Under the pieces are notes generated by a model. That model worked only from the letters and a program-made list of their open reading frames with translations, made no database searches and had not been told where the DNA came from. DNA of 29,187 nt, taken from IMG/VR virus record IMGVR_UViG_3300032330_001713, positions 1-29,187 of that record. One strand, 5' to 3'. Origin of the DNA: a virus. Its lineage: Duplodnaviria; Caudoviricetes. This document shows, piece after piece, positions 1-8,258 of this stretch (the stretch's first letter is position 1; each line of letters begins with the position of its first letter). The translations under genes were made by a program, and so were the position numbers.

Positions 1-46
1 TAATGGTTCTTGTTATTATCGCATTAATGTATAAAAAATAAAATTT

Positions 47-1177
47 ATGTTGAATAGTATTACTAAAATAAGATTTACCCAATATTATAAAAATGGGAAA
101 ACAATTCAAGGATTTAGACAAGCCGGATACTGGAGTGATAATACCTCATTCATTAATGAGAAAGATAGTATCCAACTACAGAAAGCACTTAAAGTAATCA
201 CTAAATCAGATCCAATTCAAATTGGAGGTAAAGATATTATTTATGCTACTAAGGCAAGTGATATACCTCGTTTCAAATTAAAGGAGTTTATTAAGGAGAA
301 AAAACTAAAGAAAACATCTAGAGCTAAAATGGCTAATATATTCATAATGAATAAAGGTATGTTTTTAGACTTGATTAAGAAATTAGATTATGATGAACAT
401 TATTTTGTGAATGAACATGCTGCTATAAACGGTCATAGACTTTGGGGTGATGGTGGTAATTGGGAAAATTGTATAAAACAATTTAACTCATATAAGGATA
501 GAAACAACTATTGGCTTGTAGAAAAAGATAAGAGTAATTGGAAGGATATGTTTAAGGATAGTAGTTTAGAGCAATTATTTAACAATAGTACTCACACAAC
601 TAAAGGTACTTTACTTTGTGTTTATAGAGAACAAAAATTAGTTGACTTACTTAATATTATTGTTGATAATATAAGTGATATTATAAGTGGGAAGAAGAAA
701 ATTGTATTTGATGAGGATTTATTTGTTGAGTTAAATAAAGAAGGAATTGAACTTGATGAGGAATATTTACAAACACTTCGTGATATGCTGTTTAGTAAAG
801 ATGATTCTAATGTTAAGTTAGGTTTTGAAATGATGTCTAATTTAGTACTTAATCAAAGTACAATATTATCAATTTCATTCTTATTGAATGAATTAATTTA
901 TCAAACTAGGTTCAGACCAAGTTATTATACTAACAATAATACCAACTTAAAAGCGTTATTAAAACTACTTAAAACAAAAGGTATATATTGGGAACGTGAT
1001 TGGAAAACGTTTGGTACTGGGTTGAGAAAGAACTTTAAAACGGGTAAGGAAGGTGCTATTGTTAAGAAGTTCTTATTAGATAATATTAACCGCGAGTTTA
1101 AATTAAACAATTCAGCTGCTGAATCTTTAGTTGATATTGTTTTTTCAACCGAGGTTCAAGAAGTAAATTTAGTATAA
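47..1177 (+). CDS. Hypothetical protein of the AAA/VWA operon; possible BRCT-like segment; carries a 31-aa helical motif shared with ORFs 2429 and 2775
   Basis: 376-aa ORF with A-rich leader. IIYATKASDIPRFKLKEFIKEKKLKKTSRAKMANIFI loosely resembles a BRCT beta-alpha pattern (inference). LDEEYLQTLRDMLFSKDDSNVKLGFEMMSNL aligns without gaps to two downstream ORFs. Confidence 0.75.
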   Translation: MLNSITKIRFTQYYKNGKTIQGFRQAGYWSDNTSFINEKDSIQLQKALKVITKSDPIQIGGKDIIYATKASDIPRFKLKEFIKEKKLKKTSRAKMANIFIMNKGMFLDLIKKLDYDEHYFVNEHAAINGHRLWGDGGNWENCIKQFNSYKDRNNYWLVEKDKSNWKDMFKDSSLEQLFNNSTHTTKGTLLCVYREQKLVDLLNIIVDNISDIISGKKKIVFDEDLFVELNKEGIELDEEYLQTLRDMLFSKDDSNVKLGFEMMSNLVLNQSTILSISFLLNELIYQTRFRPSYYTNNNTNLKALLKLLKTKGIYWERDWKTFGTGLRKNFKTGKEGAIVKKFLLDNINREFKLNNSAAESLVDIVFSTEVQEVNLV

Positions 1178-1187
1178 AATAAATAAT

Positions 1188-2429
1188 ATGATAGATAATA
1201 TACACGGCGATATAGCCAAACACTCAAAGACATTAATGTTTCGTGAACCGTTTTATGGATTGTTCCTAATCGGTTTAAATAAAGAATTAAGTGATGCTGT
1301 CTCAACCGCTTGTGTTGCTAAAGATGGTATTAATACTAAGTTAGTTATTAGTCCTAAATTTTGGGAGACATTAGGTGATGGTTGTAAAGTAGCTGTTTTG
1401 AAACATGAATTGTTACATATTGCATTTAAACACTTACAAATGTTTGATGAGTATGAAGATAAAACATTATTGAACGTAGCTGCTGATTTAGAAATTAATC
1501 AATATATTCAAGACGAGTATAAAGATAAAACATGGGATGGTTTAGAAATTGATCATGCTCCATGGGCTGAATTAAAATTACCTGTAAAAGCAGGTACTAG
1601 AAAGTATTATGAACTGATTAAAAAGGAAGCAGAACAAAATCCAGATGGTGATGTTGCTAAGTATTTAGATGCTGCTAAAGCCGCTAATGGTGATGGTGAA
1701 CCTAGAGAAATAACTTTAGGAGACGGTACTAAAGTAACTGTTAAAGCGTCTCATGAGTTTTGGAAACAATATGAGAATATGGATGAAGCAGAAAAGAAAT
1801 TGATGGAGAAACAAATTGAACATCAATTAAAAGATACTGCTAACCAAGTACAAAAACAAAGAGGACATATACCGGGTGAGTTAAAAGAATTAATTGATAG
1901 TTTATATGTAAGTGAAGAAGCTGTTATCGATTGGAGAGCTTATTTAAGACGTTTTAATGGTATGGCTAGTAAAGTATTTACTAAGAAAACAAGACGTAAA
2001 CCAAATAAACGTTTCTATGGTAATCCAGCTCTTAAAATCAAACAAAGAAAGAATACATTAGTTGCTATTGATACTTCAGGTTCAGTTTCTAAAGATGATT
2101 TGAAAGAATTTTTAAGTGAAATCCATCACATATATAAAACAGGTACTGAAATAACTGTTATTGAATGTGATGCTCAAATAGGAAATGTTTATGAGTATAA
2201 AGGATCATTTAGTGATGATTATAAAGTATCAGGTAGAGGAGGTACAAGTTATGAACCTGTATTAGATTACTTATGGGAACATAAAGATAGATTCCAAAAC
2301 TTAATTTACTTAACTGATGGTGAGTGTTCAGTTAATACTACACCATGTAAGCCTACTTTATGGGTTCATTGTTCAGGAAGAAGTATTAATGAGGATTTAC
2401 CAGGCGCTAAAGTTCAAATTAAATCATAA
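1188..2429 (+). CDS. Putative metallopeptidase with C-terminal VWA domain (DUF2201-type architecture)
   Basis: HELLH (HExxH) followed by NVAADLEINQ. C-terminal MIDAS-type AIDTSGS, ECDA, GRGGT and YLTDG. Confidence 0.9.
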   Translation: MIDNIHGDIAKHSKTLMFREPFYGLFLIGLNKELSDAVSTACVAKDGINTKLVISPKFWETLGDGCKVAVLKHELLHIAFKHLQMFDEYEDKTLLNVAADLEINQYIQDEYKDKTWDGLEIDHAPWAELKLPVKAGTRKYYELIKKEAEQNPDGDVAKYLDAAKAANGDGEPREITLGDGTKVTVKASHEFWKQYENMDEAEKKLMEKQIEHQLKDTANQVQKQRGHIPGELKELIDSLYVSEEAVIDWRAYLRRFNGMASKVFTKKTRRKPNKRFYGNPALKIKQRKNTLVAIDTSGSVSKDDLKEFLSEIHHIYKTGTEITVIECDAQIGNVYEYKGSFSDDYKVSGRGGTSYEPVLDYLWEHKDRFQNLIYLTDGECSVNTTPCKPTLWVHCSGRSINEDLPGAKVQIKS

Positions 2430-2797
2430 TGGAAAATATACACGACTTAGATCAAGACCAAATTTACAACTTGAAGGATATGCTTACAAGTTGGAATATA
2501 GATGATATTAGAATAGCATTAACATTATTAAACAATGCTAACTTTGAAAATCCAACTATTACTCAACAAGTAAATTACCTAATGAATGAATGTCCAGGAC
2601 TAAGGTTTGCTGTGTTCAGTAATATTGAAGGTGGTCATCGTGTTCGTTTTCATTTTGAGGATAAAAGACAAGATAAGGATCGTGAACAATCATTATATGT
2701 TGATGATGAGTCAACTTCAGAATCACTAAATTATAGTCCACTTCCTTACCCATGGGATAAAATTAAAATAAATAATGGAAGAGAAACTAATTATTGA
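2429..2797 (+). CDS. Hypothetical protein beginning with the shared 31-aa motif
   Basis: TAATG overlap with the VWA gene; LDQDQIYNLKDMLTSWNIDDIRIALTLLNNA at residues 7-37. Confidence 0.75.
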   Translation: MENIHDLDQDQIYNLKDMLTSWNIDDIRIALTLLNNANFENPTITQQVNYLMNECPGLRFAVFSNIEGGHRVRFHFEDKRQDKDREQSLYVDDESTSESLNYSPLPYPWDKIKINNGRETNY

Positions 2798-3029
2798 TAA
2801 AGAGTTATTTGATGAATTGACCATAATGATGCAATCATCAAGTGAAGATGACGCAGTCATGGCTATTTCTATTATAGAAACGGCTGATGAATGGAATAAA
2901 CAGAACCAAATAAAGAAAGAACGATTGTATGAGACTCTAAGAGATAATAACCACATCAAAAATAAATTTCAATTGAAAATGAAAGTATGGTTGGCCATGA
3001 ATGATCTTGATGATAAAGGAATAGAATGA
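2775..3029 (+). CDS. Small hypothetical protein beginning with the shared 31-aa motif
   Basis: A-rich leader (aaataaataATG); IDKELFDELTIMMQSSSEDDAVMAISIIETA at residues 7-37. Confidence 0.75.
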   Translation: MEEKLIIDKELFDELTIMMQSSSEDDAVMAISIIETADEWNKQNQIKKERLYETLRDNNHIKNKFQLKMKVWLAMNDLDDKGIE

Positions 3030-3073
3030 CCTTAGTTAAGTATATAAATTTAATTATAAATAAAAAGTAAAAA

Positions 3074-4264
3074 ATGGCAAAGACAAGTAAAAAACAAAAC
3101 GCGACTGTATCATTAAATGTCCACGAATTAAAGGACTTTTTGAAACACATTATTGATAACAACCGTTATCTACAAGAAAACAATAAACCAATGGTATCAA
3201 CCGAAGTTATAGGTGATAGTGGTATTGGTAAAACATCTTCTATCGTCCAATTAGCAGACGAATTAGGTTTGAATTTCGTTAAGTTAAACTTAGCTCAAAT
3301 TGAGGAAATAGGTGACTTAGTAGGTTTTCCAATTCGTCAATTTGAAATGAAAGATAAAAAGTTAAGTGAATGGGTAGATGAAAATTCAGTTGAGGACTAT
3401 CGTAAGAAAGGTTATGAAGCTACAGGTTTGAATCGTATGAGTTACTGTCCACCTGAATGGATTAGTGGTAAAACAAATGGTGGTATTCTATTATTGGATG
3501 ACTGGAATAGAGCTGATATGAGATTCATTCAAGCTGTAATGGAGTTAATTGACCGTCAACAATATATTAGTTGGAAGTTACCTAAAGATTGGCATATCAT
3601 ATTAACCGCTAATCCTGATAATGGAGACTATTTAGTTAACAGTATCGATAACGCTCAAAAAACGAGATTTATTAGTGTTAATTTAAAGTTTGATCTTAAA
3701 TGTTGGGGTAAGTGGGCTGAACAAGCTAAACTAGATGGTCGTTGTATTAACTTTATGTTGATGCATCCAGAATTAGTTACTAAAGAAGTTAACAGTAGAA
3801 GTGTTAGTATGTTCTTTAATAGTATTAGTTCACTTAAATCGTTTGAGGATTCATTACCATTAATTCAAATGATTGGAGAAGGTAGTGTTGGTAGTGAGTT
3901 TAGTACTTTGTTTACTATGTTCATTAATAATAAATTGGATAAGATGATTTCACCTGAAAACATCATGAGCCAAGATGAAACATATGTTATGAACACACTT
4001 AAGAGTTTAGTTGGGAAGGATAAGAATTATAGAGCAGATATTGCCGCTACATTAGGTACTAGGGTTGCTAACTATTTAGAGTTCTATGCTAAGGATAATG
4101 CAGTTGAGAAACCATTAACTGAACGTATCAGTAAAATTGTAACAGAGAAAATATTCGCAACTGACGTTTGTTATAATATGGTTAAATCTATTTACAATAG
4201 TAATCCAAATAAGTTTAAATTAATGATGTTAAATAAAGAATTAGTTAAGTATATAACTAAATAA
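3074..4264 (+). CDS. MoxR-like AAA+ ATPase
   Basis: Walker A GDSGIGKT, GDLVGFP, Walker B ILLLDDWNRA, sensor-1 ILTANP, arginine finger region DNAQKTRF. Lies near a VWA gene, as is typical of MoxR-clade ATPases. Confidence 0.92.
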   Translation: MAKTSKKQNATVSLNVHELKDFLKHIIDNNRYLQENNKPMVSTEVIGDSGIGKTSSIVQLADELGLNFVKLNLAQIEEIGDLVGFPIRQFEMKDKKLSEWVDENSVEDYRKKGYEATGLNRMSYCPPEWISGKTNGGILLLDDWNRADMRFIQAVMELIDRQQYISWKLPKDWHIILTANPDNGDYLVNSIDNAQKTRFISVNLKFDLKCWGKWAEQAKLDGRCINFMLMHPELVTKEVNSRSVSMFFNSISSLKSFEDSLPLIQMIGEGSVGSEFSTLFTMFINNKLDKMISPENIMSQDETYVMNTLKSLVGKDKNYRADIAATLGTRVANYLEFYAKDNAVEKPLTERISKIVTEKIFATDVCYNMVKSIYNSNPNKFKLMMLNKELVKYITK

Positions 4265-4287
4265 TACAGGTCCGTTGCTTTTACTAT

Positions 4288-4325
4288 GACTCCTGACCCT
4301 GCGATATGGGTTGGGAGTTTGTCAT
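4288..4325 (+). terminator. Stem-loop downstream of the AAA ATPase; possible terminator or stabilising hairpin
   Basis: GACTCCTGACCC (4288-4299) pairs with GGGTTGGGAGTT (4308-4319): 12 bp including G-U pairs, 8-nt loop. The U tail is weak. Confidence 0.5.
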
Positions 4326-4374
4326 TAATACCGACTTAACCCCACTTTAAACGGTTAACTCCTATGGTTCATAT

Positions 4375-4383
4375 ATATTTATA
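4375..4383 (+). promoter_or_regulatory. ATATTTATA motif, candidate phage late promoter with no ORF directly behind it
   Basis: Same motif as in six other intergenic gaps. Confidence 0.5.
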
Positions 4384-4387
4384 TAAT

Positions 4388-4485
4388 AGCATTTACCCCG
4401 TTAAATCCCCGGTAAAGGCCGATGGAAAAGTTTGGATGACCTCAACAAGGAGTTTGGAATCCCAGGATTTTTTCCATATTTTTTT
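4388..4485 (+). ncRNA. Candidate ~100-nt structured small RNA
   Basis: Follows ATATTTATA. Hairpin TTTACC/GGTAAA (4392-4416), long stem closed by ATGGAAAA (4422-4429)/TTTTCCAT (4470-4477), then a T7 run. GC-richer than the flanks. Confidence 0.35.
4453..4484 (+). promoter_or_regulatory. Possible Bacteroidota-type host promoter (TTTG-N20-TAnnTT) for the glutaredoxin-HD-sigma operon
   Basis: TTTG 4453-4456, 20-nt spacer, TATTTTTT 4477-4484. Imperfect match to the Bacteroides -33 TTTG / -7 TAnnTTTG consensus. Confidence 0.3.
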
Positions 4486-4505
4486 AGAGCACTAAATTAA
4501 TTAGA

Positions 4506-4823
4506 ATGATTAATAAAGGAATGAATGGAGGAGTAGGAGTAAGGTTATTAACGTTAAGTGACTGTGATTATTGCATTTGGTTGAAAAGTGAATTAGACAG
4601 TTGCGGAATAGCCTATGTCGATATTGATGCTAACAAATTTGATGAATTTTCTACTAGTGTAGAGAAAGAATATAAAACGGAGACGTACCCAATAGTGTTT
4701 ATTGAAACTAAACAAGATACAATTGTTATTGTTGGTGAAACAGAATTGGAGACCACAGATAAATTACGTACATTCGATACAATACCACATTTGGTAAACA
4801 CAATTAAAAAATATATACAATGA
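4506..4823 (+). CDS. Glutaredoxin/thioredoxin-fold protein
   Basis: CDYC (CxxC) after a hydrophobic strand, and TYPIVFI cis-Pro motif. True start may be the second Met at 4521. Confidence 0.85.
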   Translation: MINKGMNGGVGVRLLTLSDCDYCIWLKSELDSCGIAYVDIDANKFDEFSTSVEKEYKTETYPIVFIETKQDTIVIVGETELETTDKLRTFDTIPHLVNTIKKYIQ

Positions 4824-4993
4824 GATATAAACAACCCGTAGAAAGAAAATTAGACCAACTTGATAATATGCTGGTTGGATTTGGAGCACGATTCTCAGAT
4901 CCAAACTTCACTATCTTACTTGCTAAGGAAATGCTTAGTGAACTGAAGAATAAAGTTGAAGAAATTAGAACATTAATCAACTCTGAAGAGTAA
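4820..4993 (+). CDS. Small helical hypothetical protein, 57 aa (not in the ORF track)
   Basis: ATGA overlap with the glutaredoxin stop; reads MRYKQPVERKLDQLDNMLVGFGARFSDPNFTILLAKEMLSELKNKVEEIRTLINSEE* and fills the gap exactly. Confidence 0.8.
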   Translation: MRYKQPVERKLDQLDNMLVGFGARFSDPNFTILLAKEMLSELKNKVEEIRTLINSEE

Positions 4994-5012
4994 AATTAAA
5001 ATAATCAAAGTT

Positions 5013-5786
5013 ATGTTAACACCAGAACAAATTAAAGACAATTGGGATAATTTTCTATCTAACATAGAACTATATATCTCAGAACCACGTAAACAACTAT
5101 TACTTGAGTTTTATACTAAACATGAGGAACGTTTCATTATGATGCCTGCGTCTCATAAATCTCAGTATCATAATTGTTTCCCAGGTGGTTATGTCGACCA
5201 CGTAAATAGAGTAGTAGCCGCTGCCTTAGCATTCAGTACTGTATGGCATGAGTTTGGAATGATAGATACTTATACAACTGAGGAACTAGTATTCTCAGCT
5301 ATCAATCATGACTTAGGTAAATTTGGAGATGAAGAAAACGCCGCGTACATTGAACAGACAGATCAATGGAGACGAGATAAACTAAATGAAACTTATATGT
5401 TTAATGATCGTTTAGAGTATATGACTGTTCCTGATCGTGGTTTACATTTGTTACTTAGTAATGGTATTATACCTACTAAAAACGAAATGATAGCTATCAG
5501 AACTCATGATGGATTATATGATGAATCAAATAAGGCTTATTTAATGGGTTTCACACCTGAAACTAAACCTCGTACTTCACTTGTATATGTCTTACATCAG
5601 GCAGATTTAATGGCAGCTAGAATTGAATTTGAAAAGGAATGGTTACCTAAGTTATTAGGTCCTAAACAAGAAACACCTAAGAAAGATAATAACTTTAAAT
5701 TAAATAAAAACAACTCGGCTGTGAAGCAAAAAGCATTAAAATCTATGTCTAATCCTGCTTTAGCCGAACTAATGAAAAATATATGA
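5013..5786 (+). CDS. HD-domain phosphohydrolase (YhaM-like catalytic domain)
   Basis: PAS...YHNCFPGGYVDHV, INHDLGK, THDG, LHQAD: the H..HD..D metal ligands in YhaM-like order. No N-terminal OB fold is evident. Confidence 0.85.
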   Translation: MLTPEQIKDNWDNFLSNIELYISEPRKQLLLEFYTKHEERFIMMPASHKSQYHNCFPGGYVDHVNRVVAAALAFSTVWHEFGMIDTYTTEELVFSAINHDLGKFGDEENAAYIEQTDQWRRDKLNETYMFNDRLEYMTVPDRGLHLLLSNGIIPTKNEMIAIRTHDGLYDESNKAYLMGFTPETKPRTSLVYVLHQADLMAARIEFEKEWLPKLLGPKQETPKKDNNFKLNKNNSAVKQKALKSMSNPALAELMKNI

Positions 5787-6058
5787 TATTAGGAATTATT
5801 TCAATTATTTTATGGGTATTAACAGTGTTTGGATACATTGTTTGGAACCTAAATCAAAAAGTAGCTAAATTAGAACAAATCGCTACGAAACAAAAAATTG
5901 TAATTGATAGTGTAGCCGCTATTGTTGATGAATCAAATAGACAACTTAACGCTGTTGAGTTAACTGAAGCATTTAAATCAGATGATCAGATAGGATTCTT
6001 CTTCCGTAATTTACAAAACATACAAGATTCGTTAAACCATTACCTTAAGAACGTTTAA
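5783..6058 (+). CDS. Single-pass membrane protein with coiled-coil tail
   Basis: N-terminal hydrophobic ILGIISIILWVLTVFGYIVW followed by heptad-like helix; ATGA overlap. Confidence 0.75.
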   Translation: MILGIISIILWVLTVFGYIVWNLNQKVAKLEQIATKQKIVIDSVAAIVDESNRQLNAVELTEAFKSDDQIGFFFRNLQNIQDSLNHYLKNV

Positions 6059-6060
6059 AC

Positions 6061-6816
6061 ATGGCAGAAGAACAAGAAGTATTATTAACGAAGAAAGGGA
6101 CTGTCCGTAAACGTAAACCTAAAAAGGCTAACATTTACTTCACTCAAGAAACTGAAGATGCTATTGTTGAGTATTTAAAATGTACAGATCAAGACACTAG
6201 AAATAAAATATTTAATGAAAAAATTAACTACTCATTTCATAAACTGGCTGAAAATATCATTCACACGTTTAAGTTTTACTATACGGAAGTGGATACTATC
6301 CCTGAGCTCCAACATGAGGTGGTGGCCTTTTTATTAGAGAAATTACACTTATATAATCAAAGTAAAGGTAAAGCATTTAGTTACTTCGGTACTATTGCTA
6401 AACGTTATCTTATTCTATATAACAATGCTAATTATAAGAAGCTAAAAGATAAAGCACCTGTTGAGGCTATTGATGAGGATAAGTCAATTTTAATTGATAT
6501 TGTAAATACTAGTAACGAACCACAAGTAGATCAATTACCATCTTACCTACAACAATTTGCTAAGTATGTAGATGCCAATTTATTTATATTATTTCCAAAA
6601 CAAAATGATGCTCGTATAGCTGACGCTATATTAGAGTTATTCCGTAAAAACGAAAATTTAGATATTTTTAATAAAAAAGCATTATATATCTATGTTAAGG
6701 AAATGACTGAAGCATCAACACCTCAGATAACTAAGATCATTAAACGTTTGAAAATAGTATATGTTAAGAAATATAACGAATATTATGAACACGGACGTAT
6801 TACCATGTCGATCTAA
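6061..6816 (+). CDS. Phage RNA polymerase sigma factor (T4 gp55-like late sigma)
   Basis: KLAENII..F..Y...ELQHEVVAFLLEKLHLYNQSKGKAFSYFGTIAKRYLI resembles sigma region 2 as in gp55 (YD/N..K..AFaYFt.I). C-terminal HTH-like EMTEASTPQITKIIKRL. Confidence 0.65.
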   Translation: MAEEQEVLLTKKGTVRKRKPKKANIYFTQETEDAIVEYLKCTDQDTRNKIFNEKINYSFHKLAENIIHTFKFYYTEVDTIPELQHEVVAFLLEKLHLYNQSKGKAFSYFGTIAKRYLILYNNANYKKLKDKAPVEAIDEDKSILIDIVNTSNEPQVDQLPSYLQQFAKYVDANLFILFPKQNDARIADAILELFRKNENLDIFNKKALYIYVKEMTEASTPQITKIIKRLKIVYVKKYNEYYEHGRITMSI

Positions 6817-6831
6817 CTCTTCACATTCCTC

Positions 6832-6840
6832 ATATTTATA
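6832..6840 (+). promoter_or_regulatory. ATATTTATA candidate late promoter
   Basis: In the 36-nt gap at the head of the structural region, 12 nt before ATG 6853. Confidence 0.6.
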
Positions 6841-6852
6841 TAAAACGTAAAT

Positions 6853-7212
6853 ATGGATTTTAATCAAGTTTTATTCAAAGATAAAACCTTTTCGAGCTTA
6901 CTTGAGGACATATATAAAAATGCCAACCGTAAGGAAAAGGAAATCAAAGCATTAATCGATCAACTGAAACCTATGATACAGGAGCCAGGTGATGCGATGA
7001 TGCTTGTTCCTTTGTTAAAGGAATATATGGAATTAGCAATTAAGAATGATGACGCCTTAATTAAAATGGCAGGCATTGTTCAACGTGGTATGAATAGTAA
7101 TGGTGGAACTGCTGATGATGGTATGTTAAGTGAGCGCGATAAAGAATTATTATATCAAGAAATTAGTAATGTTGGTCATAATATTGAAGTAAAACAACTT
7201 GAAAATAAATAA
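6853..7212 (+). CDS. Helical hypothetical protein (terminase small subunit is a weak possibility)
   Basis: 119-aa, mostly amphipathic helices; first gene after the motif. No diagnostic catalytic motif. Confidence 0.7.
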   Translation: MDFNQVLFKDKTFSSLLEDIYKNANRKEKEIKALIDQLKPMIQEPGDAMMLVPLLKEYMELAIKNDDALIKMAGIVQRGMNSNGGTADDGMLSERDKELLYQEISNVGHNIEVKQLENK

Positions 7213-8258
7213 TGGGTAAAGAAAATACTATACGAACAGGTGTTACTTCTGGCAACAGAAGATCTCAAGCTACTACTAATACTTCTATTAGTAACAACTC
7301 AGGTCTTGTTAATACAGGTTTAGGTAGAGTTACCATTTCATTTGCTGACAAAAGTATTGAGTATATTTCTTTAAATAACCAATATGGTTTTACTAAAAGA
7401 GGATATGCAGTACCCTTTGATCCTAATATATCAAATCCTCCACCAGTAGGAGCAAGTGTTATATTAATATCCGCTCCTATAATTACTGATGAAAATGATA
7501 CAGCTCAATTTGGCGGTAGAAAAACATTTTACTCATTAACAATAAATTCTAACTCTAATGTTGGTGGTACTATTGTTAACTCATCAGGTGATGGTGGATA
7601 TGCTCCTCCAACTAAATTAAACTTAACTTCCCAACAACAGAAAGATAATGCTTTATATATTAAGAATTATTTAAAAGAAAAAGGATTAAGTAAAGAAGCA
7701 ACAGCAGCTATTTTAGGTAACATGTATCAAGAAAGTGGCTTAAACCCAACTTCTGGTTGGATTGATATAAATGGACTAGAAAGTTTTGGTCTAATTCAAT
7801 GGAATGGTTCACGTGATGGTTCAGGTAAAGGAATTGATCTTAGAAAAATACCTAATGATGTAAAAGGACAATTAGATGCTTTATTCGATCCAAAAATTAC
7901 TGCTAATTTTCAAATATGGTTAAAAGAAGTAACTAACAACCCAACAGGTACAAATAGTGATGGAATGAGTGGATCTGAATATTTAGCTTATACATTCGCT
8001 AAAGGTGTTGAGGTATGTTATAATTGTACTAAAGGAGTAGCAGTTTATAAAGATCCTTCTTCTAAATTTAAACCATATAGTAGAAGTCAAAAAGCTTTAG
8101 AATTTCTTAATTTATTTGATAGTCCGAATGATGCTTTAGCATGGAATGGAGTAAAAGCTCCATATGTAAATCCTAATACTAACAATAATAATGTTTTAAC
8201 ATCTACAGCTGATTTTACCAAATCACAAACATTTACAAACCCAGTAACAACTAATTAA
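7212..8258 (+). CDS. Baseplate hub N-terminal-like protein with phage tail lysozyme domain (Phage_lysozyme2 type)
   Basis: YLKEKGLSKEATAAILGNMYQESGLNP...FGLIQW is the tail lysozyme signature with catalytic Glu in QES. N-terminal GRV...PPPVGASVILI resembles the gp5/gpV OB-fold P..G..V motif. Confidence 0.8.
   Translation: MGKENTIRTGVTSGNRRSQATTNTSISNNSGLVNTGLGRVTISFADKSIEYISLNNQYGFTKRGYAVPFDPNISNPPPVGASVILISAPIITDENDTAQFGGRKTFYSLTINSNSNVGGTIVNSSGDGGYAPPTKLNLTSQQQKDNALYIKNYLKEKGLSKEATAAILGNMYQESGLNPTSGWIDINGLESFGLIQWNGSRDGSGKGIDLRKIPNDVKGQLDALFDPKITANFQIWLKEVTNNPTGTNSDGMSGSEYLAYTFAKGVEVCYNCTKGVAVYKDPSSKFKPYSRSQKALEFLNLFDSPNDALAWNGVKAPYVNPNTNNNNVLTSTADFTKSQTFTNPVTTN

Noticed and set aside
4265-4505. 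tRNA gene in the intergenic region
   Set aside because: No T-loop GTTCRA within a cloverleaf and no acceptor stem could be built.
4526-4545. Strong Shine-Dalgarno-like GGAGGAGTAGGAGTAAGG
   Set aside because: Lies within the glutaredoxin coding frame (GGVGVR), with no suitably spaced start codon that preserves the first strand.
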